The notes under the pieces were generated by a model, which was not told the DNA's origin, searched no databases, and saw only the letters and a program-made list of their open reading frames with translations. The translations under genes were made by a program, and so were the position numbers. Below are positions 29,645-38,425 of a stretch of DNA of 64,000 nt, in pieces (the first letter of the stretch is position 1; each line of letters opens with the position of its first letter). Source of the stretch: Pelagomonas calceolata (lineage: Eukaryota). The stretch is taken from positions 372,001 through 436,000 of the forward strand of contig CAKKNE010000006.1 of assembly GCA_918797485.1 (NCBI GenBank), written 5' to 3'.

Positions 29645-29816
29645 GTAGGTGTTGTTTGATTGTATTATTTGGTGTCTCGTCCTGGGATTCCTCCGCGGAC
29701 CCAGCTCTGCTCTGTGGAGAGTTCAGCAAAAGCTAAGTCTGAGAGCCATTGCAGTCCGTGCGCAAATAGGTCGTCATCACTCGCGTTTGCCGCACGATTC
29801 AACTATACTCTGCAAT

Positions 29817-30557
29817 ATGGTGGACCTCGGCTTCATGAAGCTCCCGTGCGCGGGCGACTTTAGCGTCTTCAAACTGCTCTTCGGCATGGCCTGTGCCTGT
29901 GTGTCGATCGCTAAGGTGTTCGCGTTTACAGATCTGGTCGGTCCCGCGCTGGCGACGAGCCTCGAGGCCTCGCGCGGCGGCGTCGACTTAGAGCCACTTA
30001 TCGACGCGCTGAGACCGGCGGCGCTCGTCACGCTCGGGTGGAACGTCCTATTTTACAACCTGCTCGGGTCGCAAGTCTGGACGCTCGCGGTCGTGCGCAT
30101 CTTCGAGTTTGTGCAACCGGAAGAAGTCGACGAGGCCTACCACCGCGTCGCGGCGCGCTGGTCGGCCAACACCCTCGAGCAAGCTCCGGTCTTCCTCTCC
30201 TCGCTCTGGCTCTACGCTCTGTTCGCCGACTCGGCCTCCGCGGGCACGCTGGGCGCCCTCTACTTAGTTTCGAGGTTAATGTACCCGCTCGTCTATTGCT
30301 GGATTGGAAGATTTACGTTCGGCTTCGAGCCCGTGACGCAGACGGGCTACGGCGTCGTCGGCGTGTTCTGGCTCGGGACGTATATGGCGCTCGTCGACCA
30401 AGGCTGGCTCTGGTGGGTATCGTCTGTGGGACCTGTCCCGGCGGCTCTGACGGGATTCGCCGTCGGTTCGCTGGCCCTCTTCCCCGGGCTCCCGACGGCT
30501 CCGTTCTACACGTTTGCACACTTCAAGTGCCACACGAGGAAGCACAAGCGCGCCTAG
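29817..30557 (+). CDS. MAPEG-family membrane protein
   Basis: R...NTLEQAPVFL..LWL..G..Y..SRLMYP pattern. Confidence 0.75.
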   Translation: MVDLGFMKLPCAGDFSVFKLLFGMACACVSIAKVFAFTDLVGPALATSLEASRGGVDLEPLIDALRPAALVTLGWNVLFYNLLGSQVWTLAVVRIFEFVQPEEVDEAYHRVAARWSANTLEQAPVFLSSLWLYALFADSASAGTLGALYLVSRLMYPLVYCWIGRFTFGFEPVTQTGYGVVGVFWLGTYMALVDQGWLWWVSSVGPVPAALTGFAVGSLALFPGLPTAPFYTFAHFKCHTRKHKRA

Positions 30558-30767
30558 GTCGGCCGCCGTCGACGGGGCCGCAAGAAAAGACCACGACTCC
30601 CTCCCCCCAAGATAAAGTCCCGCTACTATTAGTGACTAGTATCGGTCCTTCTGTGGGGCTGGAGTGCGTCGCTGCGCGGCGGCGGCAAGCCGGCCGCGCG
30701 AGCTCGAGCTTCTTGGGCAGCCTCGCAAAGCAGCAGTCCAATCGCTGGGAGTGGGCAAGTGGAGACC

Positions 30768-32306
30768 ATGCCAGCTGCGGAAAAGAAGAAATTGGTCGAG
30801 AAAGGAGATGGGGAGCTCGGTCTCACAATGGACCCGTCGCTCCTCCGCGGCGCCACAGCTGATTTGCTCATCAAGAACCGCAGTGAGATATTCAGCTCGA
30901 ATGTACTCTCCCAGAAGGACCTGGCGCAGCTCCACGAGTCCACGGCGATCGTCAGCTTCCTGCACGACTTTTTTAGTCACAGCTGGCGCACCGCGCGCCT
31001 CGACAAATGGGCGGCACTACTGCTTTATTTGAATGTGCGGGCGGCGGCCGTGGCGATGGTCGGGAGTTGCTTCCTCTGGGCACTCCTGGAGGATTTCAAA
31101 GCGGTCCCGCGACTGCTCGTGATCACAGGACCCGGTTATTATTTTTCCGGAATGCCTGTTCTCGTTGGTTTATGCAGCGGTTGCTTCTTCCTCATCAATT
31201 GGCAACGAATCCGAAAGTTCTTCGGTCTCGGTCCGCGCTACTGCTTCCTCGACAAGGTCTGCATCGACCAGGTCGACGAGGTGCGTAAGTCGGCTGGGAT
31301 CGCGTCGCTCGGCGCATTTCTGGGCTCAGCGGAAAACTTCGTCGTACTATTCTCGCCGGATTACTTTTCGCGACTATGGTGCTGTTATGAGCTCGCAGCC
31401 TTCCGGCACCTGCAAGTCGCGGGCAAGCAAAAGATTACCTTCCTACCCCTCGCCTTTCCCAGGGTGCTCTTCGCCAACGCGGTGGCACAGTCCGTGATGT
31501 GCTTGCCGCACGTTCTACTCCCAATCTTTGGGCCCTGGGTTGGCATCGACATCAATAACGTCGATACCAACATGTACTTAGCATTATGCATACCCGGGTC
31601 TCTGCTGAGTGCGTGGACAATGTATGAGGCCCAGAGGTACGTCGACGCCCGCGACATGATCGACGAGCAGCTTGAGAACTTTTCCATAACAAAGACGGAA
31701 TGCTACGAGGAAAAGGATCGCCCGCGCGTCGAGCGAGAAATAGCAAAATGGTTCGGCGACGGCGACCGTGATGAGGGCATCCGCAAATTCGACCAGTACG
31801 TCAAAACTGACGTCCGCGAGCTCATCGAGGACATGGTCGGCAAGCGCAAGCCGTTCGGCGCTGGTATTCCGTGGCTCTACATTCTCCTCTCCTCGACGTG
31901 CGCGATCCTGGAAGACATTTCGATGTTTGCGAATATTTATCAGATACATGGCGTATGGGATAAGGTATTTTTCGCCATGTCGCCCCTAACCTGCATACTT
32001 GTCGGAACGCCGATGATACCGGTGTTATTACTTTGGTGCGCCTCGAAGGAGTACCGTGTTGGGGGCAAGGGGCCTATGATATTCCTCGCGCCGCTGATCG
32101 GTTGGATCCCGACTTACCTTCTGATCGTCGGTTTTGTGACACCCAACCCGACGTTCTGCCTCATTCAATTTCCGCTGGTCCTGGCGTTCGGGGCCGTCGT
32201 CTTCCGCGACTCCATCGCCAATTTGCTGGGCCTCAACAAGCAGCGAAAGGTCCAGAAGCAGCAGTACGTCCAGCTCCCGGCGCATTCCTACGGCTCCAAT
32301 CTATGA
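30768..32306 (+). CDS. Multi-pass membrane protein with TIR-like motifs, paralog 1
   Basis: FFSHSW..FLDKVCIDQ..FSPDYFSRLWCCYELAAF plus several TM helices. Confidence 0.75.
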   Translation: MPAAEKKKLVEKGDGELGLTMDPSLLRGATADLLIKNRSEIFSSNVLSQKDLAQLHESTAIVSFLHDFFSHSWRTARLDKWAALLLYLNVRAAAVAMVGSCFLWALLEDFKAVPRLLVITGPGYYFSGMPVLVGLCSGCFFLINWQRIRKFFGLGPRYCFLDKVCIDQVDEVRKSAGIASLGAFLGSAENFVVLFSPDYFSRLWCCYELAAFRHLQVAGKQKITFLPLAFPRVLFANAVAQSVMCLPHVLLPIFGPWVGIDINNVDTNMYLALCIPGSLLSAWTMYEAQRYVDARDMIDEQLENFSITKTECYEEKDRPRVEREIAKWFGDGDRDEGIRKFDQYVKTDVRELIEDMVGKRKPFGAGIPWLYILLSSTCAILEDISMFANIYQIHGVWDKVFFAMSPLTCILVGTPMIPVLLLWCASKEYRVGGKGPMIFLAPLIGWIPTYLLIVGFVTPNPTFCLIQFPLVLAFGAVVFRDSIANLLGLNKQRKVQKQQYVQLPAHSYGSNL

Positions 32307-32465
32307 GCTCTCCATCCCCCACTGCCTGACTTTGAGTAAGTCTCCTACTTCTGTTACCCAGAGCCCTAAGGATTACTGCTCGCGCGCGCGCGCCCCCGCA
32401 CGGTCTCGAGCTTCTGCTTTGGGCAGCCCTGCAAATCAGTCGCGGGAGCGGGCAAGCGGCGCACC

Positions 32466-34010
32466 ATGCCGGCTGCGGAAAAGAAGAAGCTGGTGACTGA
32501 TGGGGAGCTCGGCCTGACTATCGATCCCTCGCTCCTGCGCGGCGCCACAGCTGATTTGCTCATCAAGAACCGCAGTGAGATATTCAGCAGCAATGTGCTC
32601 AGCCAAAAGGACCTGGCGCAGCTGCACGAATCGACCGCGATCGTCAGCTTCCTCGACAGCTTCTTCTCGCATAGCTGGCGCACCGCGAGACTCGACAAGT
32701 GGGCGGGTCTGCTCCTCTACCTGAACGCCCAGGCCGCCGCGCTGGCGATGGTCGCTGGAACGGTGTTCTGGACACTCCTGGAGGATTTCGGCGTCGTCCC
32801 CCGGCTTCTCGTGTTTTACATGGCAGACCGTCATATGATGTCTACCGGGATGCCTATACTCGTTGGCATCGCGAGCGGAATCACCTTCCTCATCAATTGG
32901 CAGCGAATCCGTGCGTTCTTCGGTCTCGGCCCGCGCTATTGCTTCCTCGACAAGGTCTGCATTGATCAGGTCGACGACGTGCGCAAGGCGGCGGGCATTG
33001 CTTCCCTTGGCGCATTTCTGGGGTCAGCCGAGAATTTCGTCGTGCTCTTCTCGCCGGATTACTTCTCAAGGTTGTGGTGCGTCTACGAGCTGGCGGCGTT
33101 CCGACACCTGCAAGTCGCTGGCAAGCAAAAGATTACGTTCCTGCCGTTAGCCTTCCCCCGAGTCCTCTTCGCCAACGCGTTGGCGATTGCAGTCGCGTGC
33201 TTGCCCTATGCGATCACTCCGATCATCGGGCCGTGGCTCGGCATCGATACAAATGCAGTCACAACCGGATTTCTGAACTGGGGTTGTCTACCTGGCACCT
33301 TTCTATGCATGTGGACGATGTACGAGGCCCAGAGGTACGTCGACGCCCGTGACATGATCGATGAGCAGCTCGACAATTTTTCCATTACGAATACTGAATG
33401 CTACGACGAGAAGGATCGCCCTCGCGTCGAGCGCGAAATCGCCAAGTGGTTCGGCGACGGCGATCGGGCCGAGGGCATTCGCAAATTCGACCAATATGTC
33501 AAAACGGACGTTCGTGAGCTAATCGAGGACATGGTCGGAAAGCGCAAGCCGTTCAGCGCGGGCATACCGTGGCTCTATATCTTCCTCTCGTCCGCTGGCG
33601 CGATCCTGGTGGACATTATTATGTTTGCTACTTGTTACACCCAACCGACCTGGCAGGATCGGCTGTACGAAATCGTTGCGGGCGCGTCTTGCATTCTGGT
33701 CGGCACGCCGATGGTCCCGGTGGTCTTTATCTGGTGCGCATCGAAGCGATGCAGATTGGGGGGGAAGGCGCCGATGATTCTGTTGGCTCCAATCATCTTT
33801 CAGATTCCGCAGTGCCTACTCATCATCGGGACGTTGTCGGCGGACTTCACTTTCGCCATGCTCCAGTTCTTCTGCTTCACGTTGCCGATCGGGGCCGTCG
33901 TCTTCCGCGACTCCATCGCAAATCTGCTGGGCCTCAACAAGCAGGGCCGGAAAGCCCAGAAGAAACAGTACGTCCAGCTCCCGACGCACTCCTACGGCTC
34001 CAATCTGTGA
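32466..34010 (+). CDS. Multi-pass membrane protein with TIR-like motifs, tandem paralog 2
   Basis: Colinear with 30768-32306; near-identical soluble segments and diverged TM segments. Confidence 0.75.
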   Translation: MPAAEKKKLVTDGELGLTIDPSLLRGATADLLIKNRSEIFSSNVLSQKDLAQLHESTAIVSFLDSFFSHSWRTARLDKWAGLLLYLNAQAAALAMVAGTVFWTLLEDFGVVPRLLVFYMADRHMMSTGMPILVGIASGITFLINWQRIRAFFGLGPRYCFLDKVCIDQVDDVRKAAGIASLGAFLGSAENFVVLFSPDYFSRLWCVYELAAFRHLQVAGKQKITFLPLAFPRVLFANALAIAVACLPYAITPIIGPWLGIDTNAVTTGFLNWGCLPGTFLCMWTMYEAQRYVDARDMIDEQLDNFSITNTECYDEKDRPRVEREIAKWFGDGDRAEGIRKFDQYVKTDVRELIEDMVGKRKPFSAGIPWLYIFLSSAGAILVDIIMFATCYTQPTWQDRLYEIVAGASCILVGTPMVPVVFIWCASKRCRLGGKAPMILLAPIIFQIPQCLLIIGTLSADFTFAMLQFFCFTLPIGAVVFRDSIANLLGLNKQGRKAQKKQYVQLPTHSYGSNL

Positions 34011-34045
34011 GTCCCCCTTTGCCTGAGTACAACAATATGTCCTAG

Positions 34046-34240
34046 TTAATCCGCCTCAGACTTCAGCCCGAGCGCCCCCGCCTCCTCGGCAGCCTTCGCT
34101 TCCGCCCTCAACCGCTCGAGCCGCTTTTGCCGCGCGGCCTCGGCGTCCGCGGCGAGGCGCTGGAAGTACGTCATCCCCTTCGCTCGAGTTGTGGTGATAG
34201 GCCGCGGCGTCGGCAGAGGAGCCGGCGCCGATGCGGCCAT
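34046..34240 (-). CDS. Short ORF or terminal exon, unknown function
   Basis: Coding-like coiled-coil ORF preceded by a pyrimidine tract and CAG; upstream structure unresolved. Confidence 0.3.
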   Translation of the reverse strand: MAASAPAPLPTPRPITTTRAKGMTYFQRLAADAEAARQKRLERLRAEAKAAEEAGALGLKSEAD

Positions 34241-34825
34241 CGCCTCGGCCGCGGCGACGAACGCGTTCTTGTGGTGCGGCGCCCGTAGAGCGTCCCCGCT
34301 GCGGCGATGATTGGTCAAAAAAGGGGAGAGTTGTGAAAAACCACCGGCGGCGCTCGTCGGCGCGAGTTTTCGACAGTTTATCGTTACGTGTCAATAAGTG
34401 ATGCAACCTCGGTCGATATGGCTCCCGCTGGACCACTACGCGGGACCTGCGGTCGCTACGCCTGAAACCTGTTTTGTCGTTGCCCACGAATCGTACCAGC
34501 AGCATATAGAGCAGGTACTGGAATGATGCGACGACTCTGGACTTCTTGTACGACACCTGAGAAACCCGCGTGGGCACTTGAGCTTTGGCAGAGCGTCGCG
34601 TCTCATCGCTCCGTGCTCCGTGCCAAGGGGTGCAAATATACGCGAAGAATTCGCAGGCGTCACTTAAATACTGTGGCCTTCGCGCTGCCAACGCGAATTC
34701 GTGCTCGCCGGCCGCTCGCGGCGCGCACACAACATCGCAGTGCTCACTTGCAGCAAGGCGACGCGCACATCAGTCGTTGCGGCTGCAAGACGACAACCAT
34801 AAGCGTTTCCCAACGCTAACCGACG

Positions 34826-35766
34826 ATGAAGCTCCTCCTCACGCTCGCCTCGGCCGCCGCGCTGTCGGCGCCGACGCGCCTGCCCGCCCGAGCCAGCGCA
34901 TGAATCAAACTGTGTCGCGGCGCGTCTCCGCTCGTAGCCTCCACGCCATCGACGCGACGTGATTGATGCGCGCGCAGGCCCTGGCCGCCGACAAGCAGCT
35001 CAAAACGATCTTCGAGAACAACCGGAGGTGGGTCCGCGAGGAAGTCAAGAAGGACAAGGACTACTTTAATCGGATGGCCTCCGGGCAGTCGCCGCAAATC
35101 CTGTGGATCGGCTGCTCCGATTCACGAGTCCCTGCCAATCGTATTATGGGTTTAGATGCGGGAGAAGTCTTCGTGGCGCGAAATGTCGCCAACCAGGTCA
35201 TCGGCACGGACATGTCCATGATGTCCGTCATCCAGTACGCCGTGAACGTGCTGAAAGTACCTCATATCGTCATCTGTGGCCACTACGATTGTGGAGGTGT
35301 GAAAGCTTCCATGGAAAACGTCGACCACGTCCCACCTTTGGAGAATTGGCTGCGGAACATCCGCGATACGTATCGGTTGAATCGCCAGGAGCTGGACCGC
35401 ATCTCCGACAAGGACCAGCGGACGCGTCGCTTGGTCGAGTTGAACACCTTAGAACAGGCCTTCGCCGTTTTTAAAACTGGAGTCGTCCAGAGGAGGCGGG
35501 TCCAGACCTACGGTTCTGATCAAGAGCCCTACACGCAGCCGCGGATCCACGCCGTCGTGTTTGATCCCGGGACTGGCGAACTGAAGGAACTGAACGTCAA
35601 CTGGAAGCAGGAGCTCGACAAATTGGGGCCGATCTACAATTTGTATGCCCCGGAGACGGCGGAAGCTAGAGCGGAGCGGCTCGGCGACGGCGGTGCTGCG
35701 GCGGCCGCGCCGCCTCCTGTGGAGCCTGCGAAGAAGAAGGGCCTCTGGGGGCGTCTTCGAGGGTGA
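34826..35766 (+). CDS. Beta-class carbonic anhydrase with signal/transit leader; intron about 34898-34977
   Basis: Zn ligands in WIGCSDSRV and CGHYDCGG; exon 1 MKLLLTLASAAALSAP. GC donor position inferred. Confidence 0.92.
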
Positions 35767-35847
35767 GGGTTGTCCGGTCACGCTGGCACCGGACATTGCT
35801 AGGGAGTAAGTTAGATAGCTTTACCCCTTGCCGGTGGCGTGCACGTG

Positions 35848-36335
35848 TTATGTATATTCGAAGACCACGCTCTTCCCGGCTTCGCGGGCGCGGAGCGTGG
35901 CTCGCGACTGTCGTAGAGCGTCCACAATCCCCGTTGCGAACGGATGCGCGCCGCCGAGCACGCGCCGCGTGGTCCGTTCCAAATCCTCGAGTGTCCTCAC
36001 GGCCTCGCGGATATCGTCGAGCGTTGCGTCGGGGTCCGTGTAGAGCGCGTCCGCGTAATTCCACCCCAATTTGAGCGTGAGCTCCTCATCATTCTTCCCG
36101 CTAACGCGCCGCGCCACGGGTATCGTTTTGCGATACAATGCCTTGGCTTCTTCGTGGCGCTTTAGAGTTAATAGGGACGCCGCGTAGTTGTTGGCTGCTA
36201 TGGCGGTTTGTTCATGTTCCTCGCCATGGAGCTTCAAACGTCCAGAGTATACATCTCGAAGCATGTTTGAGGCCTGTTCGCTTCGTCCAAGCTTCGTGTG
36301 CGCGTTCGCAAGACGTGTCTGCGCGATGAGTATGC
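35848..36335 (-). pseudogene. 5'-truncated TPR (kinesin-light-chain-like) gene fragment
   Basis: RLKLHGEEH, ARRVSG, RRVLGGAHP repeats; frame begins at a solo introner TIR with no ATG at its 5' end. Confidence 0.55.
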
Positions 36336-36350
36336 TTGATTTCCACACAG
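36336..36350 (+). mobile_element. Solo introner terminal repeat
   Basis: Exact TTGATTTCCACACAG with no partner TIR nearby. Confidence 0.75.
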
Positions 36351-36703
36351 GTATTGATCACGAGAGCACGCTGTTTTCGGCGCTTAATCTCGCTATATCG
36401 CTGGTTACGCTCGAACGTTGGGCAGAAGCTAAGTCCCTGGTGCGCAAGGCATTGCCGGCCGCGCGCCGCGGCGCCCTCGGACGGGATGACGAGATTACCC
36501 TCAAACTGGAGAGCGCGCTAACCGAGGCCATCCATCGGGATGATAGCTCGTCACTCGATGAATTACGCAAGGCTATTTCGTACGCGGCGGACGGATGTCG
36601 GAGGGCGCGACGCGTATACGGCGATGCGCATCCCATCACGGAGGAACTCGCTGCGGTGCTAGACGACGCGCGCGGGAACCTCGCGCGCAGGGCCCAGTCA
36701 TAA
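36351..36703 (+). pseudogene. Orphan 3' exon of a paralogous TPR gene
   Basis: GIDHESTL..ARRGALGRDD..ARRVYGDAHP, same family as the opposite-strand fragment; could be translated from an in-frame ATG at 36326. Confidence 0.5.
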
Positions 36704-36725
36704 GTACAAGAATAACCATCTATTC

Positions 36726-38336
36726 TTAGTCGAGCTGAAACACCGCCCCGACCGGCGAGTGGTCCGCGAAGGGCCACGCGTCGTCCGTCGACAGGATGAA
36801 CGCGTCGGCCAGCTTGAGCGAGGGCGACGCCAGGACGTAGTCGAGGCGCAGCCCTCGGTTCATGCCCCGGTTCGCGACGACGCGCTGCGAGTAGTACGAG
36901 AAGACGCCCAGGGCCTCCGGGTGCTTCGTGCGGAACGCGTCGACCAGGTCGGCGTCCGCCAGCAGCTTTGAGAACGATTTGCGCTCTTCCACCGTCAAAC
37001 CGGCCTGCTTCGCCGGGCCCGAGAGGCCCTTGTATTGCTCCTCCACGGGCACATCCCCGGCACGCATCTCCGCGAAGTTCGGCCTCGTATACATATTATG
37101 TATATCTTCGGGCAGGTGGCAGCAGTTCAGGTCCCCAATGACAATCGTATTGCCGAGACCCTTCACGTAGGAAGCGAGGCCGCGGTCCCAGGTCTCGCAG
37201 CGGTATTGTAATCTGTCTAGTTTTTGACCCGAGTTCGGGACGTACGTCGCCACAATCGTAGGTAGTCCTGGCGCTTTTAGTGTGAGTAAACGACCTTCCG
37301 TCTTCACGATTTCATCAGTAGTCTCATATCCAGCCGTCACGTCCGCGCCTTCCGCGACACCGCCCCTCCTGATTAACATAGCAACACCAGAGTAGCCCTT
37401 CTTCGCCGTGCTACACGTGAAGTGCTGTAAGGAGACGGGGTAGTCCGGCAGGAGTGATGCTAGTTCTTCCTTCATGGCGTCCACATGACTTTCCTGGAGC
37501 TTATGTTCATTCAGACATAGGACGTCGGGCTTTTCGTCTTGGACAAGTTTCTGTAACGCGTCCCTTCGCGCGGCGTCCTTGGCTGGGTCTAGTAAAGCCC
37601 TCAGGCCGGCGACGTTTACCGATAATAATGCAAGCTTCTTGCCTTCCACTGAAGTGCGGGGGCAGGCCGACCGCGGGATCGGCCCGGCCGGCGCCTTCGC
37701 CTTTTTGGTCTTGGTCTTCTTCTTCTTCTCGTCTTGCGTCGAGAGCTTCGCGACGCCGCCGACCCTTAGCTCGAGGGACCCGCCGTCGTCGAGCGTCGTC
37801 GAGTGGCGCAATTTGCCGAACTCCGCGCGCGCGTCGGAGTAGGACTGGGGCGCCTCGAGCGTTTCTTGAATGGCGCCTTTGCTGTCTAATCGAACGATTT
37901 CTATTTTCTGGCCGTCCGGCTTGGGTTTCGCGGGCGACTTGGCCTTCTTGGCCGACGGTGGCGGCGACGGGGCGGCCGGCGGCACTTCGGCGGACCCGTC
38001 GCGAGCCGCCGCGACGAGGCGCTCCACGAGTTCGGCCTTCAATCCTTTCGAATCGGCGCCGGCGGCCTCGAGCGCGGCGCGGAGCTCGGCGACCTTGAGC
38101 TTCTTCGCGTCGCGGGTGGCGGCGGCCTCGTCGAAGGCGCTGGCGTCGCGTTTGGCCATGGCTAGGACGGAGAGCTGTCTGGTGACTGGCCGCCTGACGA
38201 GTCGCAGCGCGGACAGACGCACCGCCAGCGCCAGCGCGGCGATGGCGTAGTAGTGTCTAATTTTGAATTTGCGCAGCGATGCGCAAGAGCTGCGCTTGCG
38301 ATGCGGCTGGCGCGAGAAGCTAGCGACCTGTAACAT
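36726..38336 (-). CDS. ExoIII/APE1-family AP endonuclease with SAP domain (ARP-like)
   Basis: SAP LKVAELRAAL..GLKAELVERL; NVAGLRA, LNEHK, KKGYSG, YVPNSG, GDLN, RLDY, DHSPV. Alternative start at 38159. Confidence 0.92.
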   Translation of the reverse strand: MLQVASFSRQPHRKRSSCASLRKFKIRHYYAIAALALAVRLSALRLVRRPVTRQLSVLAMAKRDASAFDEAAATRDAKKLKVAELRAALEAAGADSKGLKAELVERLVAAARDGSAEVPPAAPSPPPSAKKAKSPAKPKPDGQKIEIVRLDSKGAIQETLEAPQSYSDARAEFGKLRHSTTLDDGGSLELRVGGVAKLSTQDEKKKKTKTKKAKAPAGPIPRSACPRTSVEGKKLALLSVNVAGLRALLDPAKDAARRDALQKLVQDEKPDVLCLNEHKLQESHVDAMKEELASLLPDYPVSLQHFTCSTAKKGYSGVAMLIRRGGVAEGADVTAGYETTDEIVKTEGRLLTLKAPGLPTIVATYVPNSGQKLDRLQYRCETWDRGLASYVKGLGNTIVIGDLNCCHLPEDIHNMYTRPNFAEMRAGDVPVEEQYKGLSGPAKQAGLTVEERKSFSKLLADADLVDAFRTKHPEALGVFSYYSQRVVANRGMNRGLRLDYVLASPSLKLADAFILSTDDAWPFADHSPVGAVFQLD

Positions 38337-38425
38337 ACTAGCAAATCGGGGAGTGTTCCAAAGATCGGGAACGCTGCCCTTTAGGAACTGCAGCGACTAT
38401 CGCGCAGTTGCTATAGCTCACAAAA

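Noticed and set aside
34056..34730. 224-aa minus-strand ORF
   Set aside because: Atypical composition, spans the probable promoter of the carbonic anhydrase, no motifs.
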